Origin: Haplodiscus bocki
Lineage: Eukaryota
Reading direction: 5' to 3'
Length of the DNA: 64,000 nt
Assembly (NCBI GenBank): GCA_965655095.1
Contig: OZ296652.1
Span: forward strand, 107,136,001-107,200,000
Made by a program: the position numbers and the translations under genes. The notes below the pieces were generated by a model. The model searched no databases, was not told the DNA's origin, and saw nothing but the letters and a program-made list of their open reading frames with translations. Positions 1 through 12,600 of the stretch are shown piece after piece; within the stretch, counting starts at the first letter, position 1; the number at the start of each line of letters is the position of its first letter.

Positions 1-86
1 ACTGAAATACCTTATGTTTTCAACATTATCTTTTCTGAAAAAGAAGAATCATGTTCAATTCTGGAACGGTCGGCAACGCCAACAAT

Positions 87-600
87 TTATATTTCAATTA
101 CATACTGAGAAACAATACTGCAAAAAGAATCATATTCTTTCTTATCAAACAGATTGTCTTGCAAATGTTTCCAATGTATATTGTCAAAAGTGTTTTTAGT
201 TTGTCGAGCCCTCTCATAATATGATTTCTCTTTTTCACGTTCATCCAAGATTTTTTCTTGCAAAATTTTATGAATTGAAACTATTTCACAAGCAAACCTC
301 GTTGAAATTGGAATCATAATCAATCCAAAGCCAAAGATAGACACTCTAACAGAATTCGAAGTTGTAGCAATAATGAAAAAAGTGTCAACTGTTTTTAATA
401 TGAAAGACAAAATTTTAAAATGGAATTTTTCTTTTTTTCTGATTTACAATTCCCGTCTTTGAAAGAGGTGATCGTTTCTTGAAGATTGTTGAAACAGTTT
501 TGGAAACAAATTATATCATTTTTTTCTCCAATCTTTCCTCAACAATTGCATATGGTTCTAATCGACCAGATGGATTTAAAGTAGTAGTAAACTTTTATAT
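87..600 (-). pseudogene. Two-hydrophobic-helix (putative membrane-active) protein remnant
   Basis: ORF 87..410 has a hydrophobic hairpin (TVDTFFIIATTSNSVRVSIFGFGLIMIPISTRFAC) followed by a charged helix. Upstream frameshifted sequence reads LNPSGRLEPYAIVEERLEKK...NNLQETITSFKD. Resembles small membrane-hairpin ORFs I recall from adintovirus-like elements (not search-verified). Confidence 0.45.
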
Positions 601-609
601 ATCCAAAAA

Positions 610-1000
610 GCAAACAAGTTTTCCAAAATAAGGCTCTTTTCTTGTATGATAAAAAATTATCAATTCTGGAATTGTTGATATTGCTGTTTTTGGACTTTTA
701 GATGAAACTGGAATGGCAATTTTTGCTCCAATCTCTGAAACTCTTGTAGGTTTTATTCATACCTTTCTAGCCAGTTTTTTACTTGCTTCTATTGAAGCTG
801 TTCGTATATTTTTGAAAAGATTTTCAGACGTTCTGCTTTAATAGTTTTCTCATTAACTGTCATTGATTTTTTTGCATTTAACACTTTTACCAACTATTTT
901 TTTGTACCCTTGGTGTTGAACCACCTTCAAAAGCTATTGTACTACTGTAATGTCAACTTTCAATGCACCAAGACTTGGTTTTCAAACTTTGATTGCCCGT
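610..1000 (-). pseudogene. Small basic protein remnant with amphipathic helix
   Basis: Manual minus-strand translation: KSMTVNEKTIKAERLKIFFKNIRTASIEASKKLARKV*IKPTRVSEIGAKIAIPVSSKSPKTAISTIPELIIFYHTRKEPYFGKLV, with one internal stop. A role as a virion core or membrane-lytic protein is only inferred. Confidence 0.4.
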
Positions 1001-1186
1001 TTTTATCGAAGTTTTTTTTAATAATGAAATAAAAGTTAGTTTTTCTCTTTCAAAACCACCAGAACATACTGTGAAATTTTGTTATCTTTTTGAAAGTTTA
1101 CATAGAGTTAGACTTCAGATATGTTTACACATAACACAAAGTGAAAATTTTGTGTATGTTTGAAAATTTATCGAAGGGTCGGTCCT

Positions 1187-2284
1187 CATGTTTTGAATAT
1201 TGAAAAAAGTAAAGGTCAACGTTTCAACATTGAAAACAACACTATGTCTGTGATCATCTTCTAAGTAAAATGTGATAATACTCGAAACAGCTTGATTTGC
1301 TGCCTTATAAAATAATGTTTCTTGTTCAAAGGAAACTGTATATCATGGATGTTTGTTTAAAATGAAACTAAAAAGAATTGGTTCTTCTGCACCAAGTAAT
1401 ATTGACCAATTTATACAAATACACTTTAAATGAATTTTGTCCAATAGATTTATGTTTGAAAAGCATTCATTGAAAAGTTTTTGATTAAATTTGAATTCCC
1501 AATATGGAGAAAAACCTAATAGTATAATGAAAAAAAACTTTCCTTAAAAACTTCAATGTTTTTAGTAATTAGCTCGGTTTTCATAGTTATATCAGCAGTA
1601 ACAAAATTTCTTTTACCAAATGATTTAATGCAGTTTTGTTGTGTATGAAATGAAAAAATCCTGATGTTAATTCAGAGTTATCAAGACGAGAATTATGTAC
1701 TCTCAAAATTAGTTTATTGTTTTTTTCTGGATCTGATTTTCCTCTCAGATGTCTTTCAAAGTCACCAAGGAAAGCTTTAATATAAACTTGTAAAAGTTCT
1801 TCTCAATTAGTATCTTGATCTTGAATATAATTCATTTCTTCATCTGTTAATTTTCCTGATTTCTTCACAACATTTTCGTTACTACATTGAATTATTTTCA
1901 ACCTTTTAGGATTTTTTGTTCCTATTAATCATCTTCTATATCTTCTTTTCAGTTGAACTCAGTAATTCGTTGATTTCATCAAAAAAACATTCCGAATAAA
2001 AAGTTGTTCCTAATGATTTTAATTTTCAAATTTGTCGTTTTCTTTAGTTTTATGGAAAACAGAGTTATATACTACTCATTTTATTACTTCTAACATACAA
2101 TCATCTTCTCAATTTAGTGGATTATCGGAAGGAAATGTCTTTGTTCTTTTGTTCATTTTGAAATCAAAGCTTCCTGTCGTTTTGTTCGAGTTTGTTCAAC
2201 AAGAACATCAGCATCAGTTTTTTTTGTAATCGAAAGTATAAAATGACCTGTTTTCTTTTTCGAATGATACGTATGTAAATTCAT
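1187..2284 (-). pseudogene. Polinton/adintovirus minor capsid (penton-like) pseudogene, copy 1
   Basis: ATG at 2284 (MNLHTYHSKKKTGHFILSI...VLVEQTRTKRQE...VYNSVFHKTKENDKFE). The C-terminus reads DKIHLKC (1421-1441) ICINWSILLGAEEPILFSFILNKHP*...ITFYLEDD (1253-1276) HRHSVVFNVETLTFT, matching the penton C-terminal jelly-roll motif pattern. Confidence 0.7.
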
Positions 2285-2299
2285 AAATAGGAATTGCAT

Positions 2300-3342
2300 T
2301 TTTCTTGGTTGAGAAGTCAAAGTTATTTTTTTTCCATTAAAGTCAACTTTTCTGTTTTTATAATCTTCAGAACAAAACGATTTATCACTCTATCATATTG
2401 AACGATTTTCCTATGTTGCTTACTCTTTATAGTTTTAAATTTTTTATGACCAAGTGGCTATCTAAATAAAAACTATAGAAGAGAGGCCTGCCTTACCATT
2501 TACAATACCACCACTAATGCAAACACTTTATAAATGAAGTTCATCAATTACACTAATATTCCTTGGTTTTTCTCTAAAATAAGTAATGCCTTCTACTTTA
2601 CTCAAGTTCTGTAAATGCAAGAAGTGTATCAAAGAACAAGACTTATATATAATTGAGTACGGATGATTTTGGTTCAATTTCTGAAAGTTTTCTCAATCAA
2701 ATATCTGCAATATGTATGCTATTAATTATGAAAAATAGTATAAATTTCCACAATTTCATAGATACCTTCAAGTAAGACATGTAGTTGTAAATGCGAAACA
2801 AAAGAGTTTTTATCTAGAAATTTTTATATTTGAATGTATGCCAATTTCTTTCTGATCACCAGATCTTGAAGATCAAAAATTTTATTTTTGCAAAAAACTT
2901 CAACTTTATCAATTTTCAAGGAATGATCATCAACATTTGATAAATAAAATGAGTGTGAGCCTACTTCTAATTTTGTTATTTTTTGTAGGCTCCATTAAAT
3001 GTAATTCAAGACCATTTAATTGTTTAATCGCTAATAGGTCCCGTACTCTTTTCAAACTTGCAGAATCAGTCCAATATACGTTGGTAGAGAGTGAGAAGTC
3101 TTGTTTTTGTTCTAACAAAAGCAGTAAAGAAAATTATAATTTACTTGAACCAGACAGCAGTTTAGATTTTCTGGTTTCACAGGAAGATGAAGACAAAAAT
3201 CTCCATTGGTAAAATTTTTACAAACTTAATTGACTCTTGGGCTTTTGTTTCATTTTTTTCAATTAAACTATCCAACTTTTCTTCCTTTAAGAGTATTTGT
3301 TTTCAGATAATATTCACAAAGAATATCTTTAGGAACTCTCAT
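2300..3342 (-). pseudogene. Minor capsid (penton-like) pseudogene, copy 2
   Basis: N-terminal LDSLIEKNETKAQESIKF and C-terminal KPRNISVIDELHL*SVCISGGIVNGK...FYSFYLD...LGHKKFK...RKVDF/NGKKITL (~2310-2580) align by eye with copy 1. Multiple frameshifts. Confidence 0.6.
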
Positions 3343-3379
3343 AAACCTATTTTAATGAAACGTAAACTTTCGTCGTTAA

Positions 3380-4400
3380 AATTTAATATTGTTAAAAAAA
3401 CTATAGTTTAACCCTGAAAACGAACTACATTACTATCATCCTCCTCAAAAGAAAATGTTTTCTTTTTAAGAAGACACCTTTTTTTATAATTATTGGATTT
3501 TTTGTTATTTTGCATACATGAAGAAGAAGTTTATCCAATGCACAGCTAAACAAGACAGGTTCCGGAGCACCATTTACAACTCTTCCAGCAGCGCAACCAG
3601 ACTTGAGATGTATCTTATCGATCCTTGTAATGTTTAATGGTTCTCACTAAGAAAAGTGCCAAGGCTATTTCCCATAACTGTAGAACTAACAATTGAATGC
3701 AAAAATTGTTTTACTTAACTTTGATACTGGTGCAATGGAGTCAATTGTTATGCTTGCTCTAAATCTAGTATCACCAATAACTGTTATAAATGATAAAAAA
3801 GTTTTATTATTATCCACAATCTCATTGAGTTGGTTGTAACTCAATTACTTGTGAAAAAGAATCAAAAAAGTCCATTTTTCATATTTTTCAAATTCACTGT
3901 ATGTTAAGCTCATTCTGAAGACTTCATCGTCAAGATCTGTATATTTAACAGATTTTGAAGCTGCACATACAACATTTCTTATGAAATTATCGTTAAGATC
4001 TGTTAAATTAGAGGAGTTGGAACCTAACTCTGTTTTTTTCCTTTCTCTAATTCATTTACATTTTATCCAATATTATTTAGATCTCAAAATCCTAATAATT
4101 TCTTCATTCTCTTCATGGTTACAGAATAGATCCAACAACCGTCAGTAAAAAGTGAGAAGTTTTTCTTTTTTTCTGTTATTTCGAATAGAATTATAATCTT
4201 CTAATTTACTTTGAGCTAATAGCCGGGTAACTCTTTCTAAACTCATTGGAATATCAAAAACATGTTTGTCTTGATAAGAACTTTTTGAAATCCAGTGTTT
4301 CTCAAGAACCTGATTTGGTTTGTTCAAGAAGAGTATTTTTCTTTCTAAGTTTATGTAATAACTCAACAGAAAATTTTTTCAAATTCAAAGCCTTTACCTG
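3380..4400 (-). pseudogene. Minor capsid (penton-like) pseudogene, copy 3
   Basis: N-terminal TLLEQTKSGS*ETLDFK...LEDYNSI. C-terminal PLNITRIDKIHLK (DKIHLK 3602-3619) SGCAAGRVVNGAPEPVLFSCALDK...TFSFEEDDSNVVRFQG*TIVF. Confidence 0.65.
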
Positions 4401-4579
4401 ATATAGTTTCTTTTAGTTTTTTAATGTCTCAGCAAAAATTTTTAGTCTCAGTTGCATTCACTGACTTTCTTCCGTTTTCAGTGTGCCACCGAGAGGGTAT
4501 GTGGCTATTTGAGCCAATTTGGTCTTCAAAAGTAAAACCTACTTTATCATCAAATTTCATTTTTACATGGGCGATTTTT

Positions 4580-4985
4580 CCAATGATATAAAAGTAATGC
4601 AGGTGATTTAAAACCCATTTTCATAGTTCTTTATCATTAAAAAGAAGTTTAAACAACAAACTTCACAATAACTATCACGTTCATGAAACATATATTCAGA
4701 AAACTCACAATTTCCATTTCTATTTTAAATAACATAATCTGTCAGTAATTTTGTTGGTGTACCTTAATAAGAAGCAAAAAAATATTCATTTGCTCATAAA
4801 GTCCATTTTGTTCCTCTAGTTGGGTGTAACTTTAAGATGCATTCATTTGTTGTAACTTTACTATCTCTAATGTAAATATTTGTACTTAATACTAGTTCGT
4901 TTAGTTATTCTTTTAGTTTCAAACTTGATGTTGCTTCATTTTTGAAAATAAAGTCTTTGTCAAAGTCAGTAAAAAATAGTGCCAT
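4580..4985 (-). pseudogene. Adenain-like (adenovirus/Polinton maturation) cysteine protease pseudogene
   Basis: ATG at 4985; ...IYIRDSKVTTNECILKLHPTRGTKW (HPTRGTKW 4803-4826, the GTHW motif position), then Y/F-ASY*GTP (the FDSYG position), then RNGNCEFSEY...RDSYC (DSYC 4665-4676) EVCCL. Order and spacing fit the His-Asp-Cys layout of adenain/Ulp1-clan proteases. Confidence 0.7.
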
Positions 4986-6039
4986 TTCTGTTTATCTATT
5001 TTTAATTCTCCTTTTCAGCTAGTACTGAAGGTTTTAAAAATGTCCTCTCTTCCTGAAACCTATAAAAAGACCTACATCACAAAGTACTTGCATTGTAGCT
5101 TTTACGGAAACATCCATAAATTTTTTGTTTTTTAATCGTAATTTTTTTAAAGATAGATCAAGAGCTTTTAAAGATGTTTTTAAACTTTCAGTTTTTGATA
5201 TGTTAGCTTCTCTAATTTCGTCAATCTCATTTCAATTTGTTTTACTTCCAAAACTTTGAAGTTTCTTCTTTCCCAGAAAAACTGTTTTACTATTTGTTCG
5301 TTTCAATCGTTCTGATATTGCTTTTTTTCAATAAGATGATCATGTAGTGATTTGTTCTTTTTATCAATATTCTTACGCTGTAGTTCATCTTTTCTAGATA
5401 ACTTTATAGAAAGTTCACTTGTACCAAAACTGTCCTATTTTTTATATCTCTTTCATAAATGGTGTTAAGTACGACTGAAACAGGAACTAGATGTTTATGA
5501 CAAATTAGTATCTAAATATGGAAAACCAAAAATGTGTACAAATACTTTCAGTTATTATTGATGCTGCTTTGGTACTTAGTTGGTTTGTGTTTTTTGAGGG
5601 TTTTATCCAATTTTTTCAACTCCATCTGTTTCATTCAAAGTTTCAATTAGATTCACCAGTTTCATTTCTTGTAAGTTTTGCTCATCTGAAAGCTCTAACT
5701 TTTCAGCTAAAAAGTCAATTGAATTGTCATTAGGCTCAATTTTTTGTCCATATCTTCAACAGTCTTTACAATTGTTTGTATAGACTCTTCATAAATTCTT
5801 CTTCGGATTACTGCTTTTTGCCTTTTTGTAGATTCTGTTTCACAAGATTGATCTGAAAATTGAAACAAACATTTCTAAACAATTTTGTGTTTTTGGATTG
5901 TTTTTAGTTTTTTCCATAATTTCCGTCAGTTAGTCAGGTGGTATTTCAATAAATCTTACCAGACAACCTTTTATCACCACTATCAATTAAGCCAGCTTTC
6001 AGTTTGCAGGAGTTTGAAAAAAGATATTTGAGAGTACTT

Positions 6040-6270
6040 TTTGGTTTAATTTCTGTTGTATAGACTGATCGAAATTGTGTCATTCTGGTTTTTCTCAATC
6101 GTACTTTCTGAGAGTCCTAATTTTTCTCCTGATTGCTTCAGAGTTGTTTCCGGATCATCATATTTTACTAACAAAATCTTTTGAAATTAAATCTTGCTTA
6201 CAAGTTCGTAGTATCGAATTCGAGTCCAAATTTTGTGACATAGATGCTGAATTAGAAGCAAAATTGAGTT
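6040..6270 (-). pseudogene. Putative helix-turn-helix protein remnant
   Basis: Minus-strand translation with a frameshift: NLDSNSILRTCKQDLISK.../YDDPETTLKQSGEKLGLSESTIEKNQND. KQxxxKLGLSESTI is an HTH-like pattern. Confidence 0.4.
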
Positions 6271-9200
6271 TAAATTTTAAAAAAAAGAGTATATATTAAC
6301 CCGCTAAGAAAATTATTCAAAAACTGTTAGAATCAGGGTTTCTTTTGAAACGAACCCTATCTTGTTAATCGAAAGAAACTCTGTGATAAATGTAAAATTG
6401 AAAAAGACTTCTGTAGTTATAATTTTAGAAGTGATACTTAAAATTATAGGGAAGACTGTAAATTATAAAAGTGTAATAGTGGAAAAGTATGAGTAAAAAT
6501 ACTAAAAAACAACTATACAAATGTTTTTGAGAGACATACAAGAACTTGAGATCCAAACTTCAAAATATCAGATACAATTAGAAGCGAACAAAGTATGCTT
6601 CCGTTTCACAAAACAAGAAAAACCATGAGTTGTTTGGCTGTATTCCCAAGTTCTTCAAAACGTGGATTTTTTTAATTCACTCGAGCATCAATTCTTGACA
6701 ATTATGGTTCAGGTTGAAAATTTCGTTGTATTTTTCCGTTCTACTCCTTCAATCTTTTTAAATGAAAAAAAAAATAAAAAGTGTTCTTTTTGGGTTATTG
6801 TTTGGAAAAGTAATGAAGTTGATCTTTGATTATATCTTTTCGAAGAAATAAGATCTCATTATTTTATGAAATTAAATTTGTAAAAATAAAGCCATAGACA
6901 TCAATATTAGATGTCTTGTAACTTTTTTGAAGCAATTTCTAATTTCTCAAAGGATTGAAAAAATGAGATGATTTTGAATTTATGGTTGATATTTTACAGT
7001 ATCTTGAACATTGTTAGTCAGTAATTTAACAGTCTTGCACGTAGATAGATCTCATTTTACCACAATAGGTGTTTTTTACTTACTTTGGATTTGAAAGCCT
7101 TTTATCTATTTCCTGAAATGAAATAAAATAGCAGCAAAAAAGGCTTTTTTATTGAAAATCAGTTTAAATGAGCATTTATAGTTGATATTTGATCTTTCTT
7201 GTGAACATCGATAGACAGAATTTTACAAACTTTGGACGCGGATAGTCGGATTTAGACGTTCTTGTGTTCAAATTGTTTGCTCTCAGTAGTGTCACTTATA
7301 ATGTTAAACAACCAAAACGGATAAATCACTTTTCGCACAGTTTTGTTTTTCCGCAAATCTTGTGCCAATATGATTAAATTTCTCCATTTGTGATTGTTAT
7401 GCTAGACTATATGCGTGTTTATGTGTTTTTCGATGAAACTAGGGTGAAAAACGTACGGATGGTACGGATGGTATTGTACCTGTTTTCTTTGTTTAATACT
7501 ATAGCTGACACCACTGATAGCGAAACTTTTGAAAACAAGAACGTCTAATGTTGACTATCTGTGTCCAAAATCAATAAATTTCCGGCTATCAATGATAAAA
7601 AAAGATGAATTACCAGCTTTAAATCACAAGTAGCGTCAATTTCAGATTGAAAAAAAGTTTTTTTGATCATTTTTGTTTCATTATAGAAAATAGAAAGCAT
7701 GTGTCCGAATCAAAAGTAAAAAAAATAACATTTCTGTGGTAAAACAATGTCTATCCATTTGCAAGACTGCTGAAATACTGACCAACATTGCCAATGAGAA
7801 TATAAAAAACATCAACTGTAAGTATACAACTCATGTCATTTATACCTTCATTTTATAATACAGAAGATTATTCGAAAAATGACACTAAATCTAATATTGA
7901 TGTTTAGGGGTTTAAATTTACATAATTTGTTTCATAATAGTTTGAGAATTTTTGAAAGGATACAGTCAAAAATCAACTTTATTGCTTTTCAAATTTTTGG
8001 CTTCTGCTAGCATAGGTTTTAAGGTTACCCCATTTAGAACAGTTTTCCAATTGTTTTCCCAACTGAGAGAATAAGGGAGGAGCAGGGAAGAAAATGATCA
8101 AAATGCTAATCTGAACCAGAATTTTCACGAATTATATCTTGAGTGAATTGAAAATGAAACCGTTTCTCAAAAAAAACGAGGAACACTGCCAAGAAACTCA
8201 ATAGTTGTAGTTTTTTTGAAACATTTTGTGAAACAAAATGTATGCTGTTGACCTCCAGAATTTTTTCATCTTCTAAAGTTAAGATCTGAAATTTTTGTGT
8301 TTCTCTCATAATCTCTTTTATATGCATTTATTTTCTGTTTCTTTTTTTACTCATTCCATTCCATTATTACTACTCCTTCAGAAACTACAACCATTTCAAT
8401 ATTTTTGAGTATCATTTCTAAAACAACAACAAAAAAAACGCTTTCAGTAAAACAATTAATACAGACTTTTTTTCCATTCACAGTAAAGGTTTCTTTCCAA
8501 AAACCCTAAATTTAACGAAGTTAGGACAAGTTTCCGTATGGAAGAAAACATTTTTCCATGAAAACAAATGTTCTTTACTCATAATTTTGATTAAGCTTTC
8601 AAATCACAAATTTTGTGCAGAAAATCAATAAAAAGAATATAAAAACAAAAACAATGCTGAAGTTAATGGAAATTAAAGATAATGATCAGAAAGTAATTGA
8701 AAGAACAAATAATAAAAAACTAGAACTTTCAGGTAGTGCAATTTAATGATACAGAAAAGATATAAAAATGAACAGTCTTTACAACAGAAACAAAACCAAG
8801 ATGAACTTGCAGAGATCTTCTTTAACCCCATCCAAAGAGAAAAAGGTTGAACTGATAGTCAGAATAAGATTTTGTCTGTTGAAAATTCAATTGAAAAAGC
8901 CTCCAACAAAAACTACCATGCTGAATTTGTACGAAGAATCCAGAAACCTAAAAAAATGGAACTGTTTTTTCATTTTCATTTATATTTAATTCAATATAAA
9001 TTAACTCTCTACGCTATGAAAGGTTTTTTTCTCTTCAAAATTACAGACTCAGTCCAATAACCCTCAGTAAAGGGATAAAAATTTTTAACCTCCTTTTTTA
9101 AAATAAAAATGGATTAAGAAAAGTTTAATTTTGTTAAAGTTTTCAAGCCATCTTTTTCTAAACCCATTGAAATATCGAAAATAAATGTCGGTCGTAATAA

Positions 9201-9427
9201 ATGCATTTCATTTTCTAGTATTTTTTGAGAGCTTGTTTTGGTTCGTTCAAAAAGATTATTTATCTTCCATTCAAATAAATGTAATATTTCAACTTGCATT
9301 TTTTAAGGTTTGAATACTTTACGTGCTGTAATTTCTAATGTTTGATTGTCTAAGCAACTAATTTTAGTTTTAGTTTTTTTCACTAATTTTTTTTCCATTT
9401 TTAGTGTGTCTTGAACAGGTTGCGCTG

Positions 9428-9627
9428 NNNNNNNNNNNNNNNNNNNNNNNNNNNNNNNNNNNNNNNNNNNNNNNNNNNNNNNNNNNNNNNNNNNNNNNNN
9501 NNNNNNNNNNNNNNNNNNNNNNNNNNNNNNNNNNNNNNNNNNNNNNNNNNNNNNNNNNNNNNNNNNNNNNNNNNNNNNNNNNNNNNNNNNNNNNNNNNNN
9601 NNNNNNNNNNNNNNNNNNNNNNNNNNN
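9428..9627. other. Assembly gap (200 N)
   Basis: Run of exactly 200 N. The round size suggests a scaffolding placeholder. Confidence 0.99.
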
Positions 9628-12600
9628 AAAAAGACTCAGCTCCTGTAAAATCGAGAAGTTCAAACACTGAAAACATCTGTTCGATTAAAACAACAAAGTA
9701 TCAGAAAAACAAAAAAACAAAAGTGTCTCCAAACAAGAACGTTGGATGTCAAAATACATGACAGAGGGTGACCTGATTGTGACCGATCGTCTGAAGTGGC
9801 TGAAAAGTACAGGAAACAGGAAAAACACACCAACAAGTACCAGTTGAAAGGGCTCGCACCAAAACCAGTGGGAAACTTTGAAGCGCCAATTGTATGATTG
9901 GAGCTGCAATGAATCACTACATCTGTGAAGGAAGCGATAACCATTGACCCATATCATTCGTCTAATTTATACATAAAACAGTTGAAGCAGGTCCCCTTGG
10001 TCAAGGATTTGATACTTTTGTTTGGGTACTATTTCGAAACTTGGCGTTTTTATGTTGAACTCAAAGAAACCAAGACACTAATGATGCAACTTGCTACCAC
10101 CTATTGTCTTTCATGTGGAGTAGTTCAAAGATCCGGTCGCGGCCGGAAGCTGTACTCTTCTCCACATCACCTCTCTGGAGGATCCAGTGTGTTAACACGT
10201 TTTATTGATAATCATTGAGGCACTTCTTTGTGTCAAAACAGATTTTCCGTGGTTTATACACAAAAAGTGATTTTTCAACTTTTGGTGGTTTTTGTGTCTC
10301 TGTAATCTTTGTTACTTTCAATTACACAATTCGTTTTTTCGAACTCAAATTTTTCTGAAACTAGACATTACGTTCTGCGATACGGGTGAAATCGGCAACT
10401 TTTCAACTGCGGAGGACTCATCGAGTGATGAATAACCCTTTTTTCCCTAATTTTGAATCTTGTTAGTCCCAAAGCCATAAAACGTCACGGTTTATAAAAG
10501 TTTTACGACATGTGGAATCATATTTCTCAAAAAACAGGTGGAACGTAATCTCCTAAGTTCTCAGTAAGCAGCCCTTTTTCTCAATGAGGACCATGACATT
10601 TGTGTTTTATTGATTTGTTTCTTTCTGGCTAGAATTCTGACCTTTAGAAACTGACAGAAGAAGCTCGTTGTTCTGAAAAAGACTTCACAAGCAAAATCAC
10701 ATTTGTTGAACACTAGCTGCTTAACTTCTAAAACAAAAGTCCCAATCAAAAACTTTAAGGGAGCAGTCTTTTCAAAACACAAAAATTTCTGTCTCAGCGT
10801 CTCAAAGTTGACGGAACGAAATTGCCAAAATTAGGTTTAATGAACTACAGATTTCCATTTTCAAACTTCCAAAATCCGTGTGTTTGCCAGCCTAAAAACT
10901 GCCATCAAGATTTCTGTCGTCATTTCCAGACTCCCGGATAAATATTAATGAATAAAAATCACTGATCTTAAAACCTGGTATCCACAGGAAGTTTATTAGT
11001 CCAAATGGGCCAAAAATTGATCTTACTTTGGAGTATCCCAATTTCGAAGCCAAGCTTTGCACAAAAAAGGGATTGATGTTGTCCCAAAAAGTGAAAAATG
11101 AAAATTAGCAATCACCTTGTATTGACGAAAAATGAATTTGCTGCCAACTTGTTGAAATCCAAATCCGATTTTCAGAAACTTTAGGACTTGAATTCTGCCA
11201 TCAGCGACTCAATCTAGAACTTTTTATTGAACCCAATCCTGGACGAAAAGTCATATGTGGTTTCAACCATTTTTACTCAACTCCTTCGCAAATTACCGCA
11301 AGTCGATTGGAATTATGTTCAATTCAGTCAAAGCGAATCAACCAGAACACCGTTGATTTTTGCTGTGCATCGAAGACAACAAAAATGCCATTCTTGGAAT
11401 TTTTTGACTTTGGCATGCTGAATAAATCTACATCCGGCACTGACCGTCCCTATTGCTAACTCAGAACCTTCAGGAAAATCAAGAAAACGTTCCGATCAGA
11501 AAGCGGACTTTCTTGTTTCACTCAAATTGTGCAGATTCAATCTATTACGTGTATCTTCCACGACTGTCTCTTCGTTTGGTTTGAGAAAACTCGCATTTTT
11601 CAAAAAGTCCTCATCTTGAGAGTTTCGATACCACAACGTTCTTCTATCTGGAAATTTTTGGCAGAATTAATCCCCCTAAAGACAACCATCTGTCCCTAGA
11701 CTTGAAATATTGAGAATTGGAAGAGATATGTCTCATTTTATTACCCACAAGCTGACAAGTTTTATGCAATGTATCCCTGGCTAATGGTTAGTATATATTG
11801 TTATGAGAACCAACTCTTCAGCACAGTAAATTATCCCATTGGAACGTGAGCAAGAGAGTGGATGAGTGGTGACAAAGAACAAGATTATCATGTTGCCACC
11901 AAACAAAATAGGCTGGATAAAATCAGCCAGTGAGAAAATCACCCAGTGTAATCAGGAAAAAGACTCAGTTCCTGTAAAATCGAGAAGTTCAAACACTGAA
12001 AACATCTGTTCGATTAAAACAACAAAGTATCAGAAAAACAAAAAAACAAAAGTGTCTCCAAACAAGAACGTTGGATGTCAAAATACATGACAGAGGGTGA
12101 CCTGATTGTGACCGATCGTCTGAAGTGGCTGAAAAGTACAGGAAACAGGAAAAACACACCAACAAGTACCAGTTGAAAGGGCTCGCACCAAAACCAGTGG
12201 GAAACTTTGAAGCGCCAATTGTATGATTGGAGCTGCAATGAATCACTACATCTGTGAAGGAAGCGATAACCATTGACCCATATCATTCGTCTAATTTATA
12301 CATAAAACAGTTGAAGCAGGTCCCCTTGGTCAAGGATTTGATACTTTTGTTTGGGTACTATTTCGAAACTTGGCGTTTTTATGTTGAACTCAAAGAAACC
12401 AAGACACTAATGATGCAACTTGCTACCACCTATTGTCTTTCATGTGGAGTAGTTCAAAGATCCGGTCGCGGCCGGAAGCTGTACTCTTCTCCACATCACC
12501 TCTCTGGAGGATCCAGTGTGTTAACACGTTTTATTGATAATCATTGAGGCACTTCTTTGTGTCAAAACAGATTTTCCGTGGTTTATACACAAAAAGTGAT

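Larger units (their letters stand above)
1..6300 (-). mobile_element. Degenerate Polinton/Maverick-like (adintovirus-type) endogenous virus remnant, morphogenetic module
   Basis: Co-oriented minus-strand remnants of an adenain-like protease and three penton-like genes plus accessory ORFs, a gene set typical of Polinton/Maverick elements. All frames carry stops or frameshifts. No termini, PolB, integrase, ATPase or major capsid recognised in the window. Boundaries are approximate and the element probably continues left. Confidence 0.75.

Noticed and set aside
580-589. AGTAGTAGTA as a Polinton terminus
   Set aside because: It lies internally between decayed viral ORFs, and no matching terminal inverted repeat was seen.
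6300-9427. Further viral genes or host exons left of the gap
   Set aside because: Only vague, heavily interrupted similarities. No motif was strong enough to support a call.
9370-9761. ORFs of 88-116 aa spanning the gap
   Set aside because: Artefacts of translating N runs.
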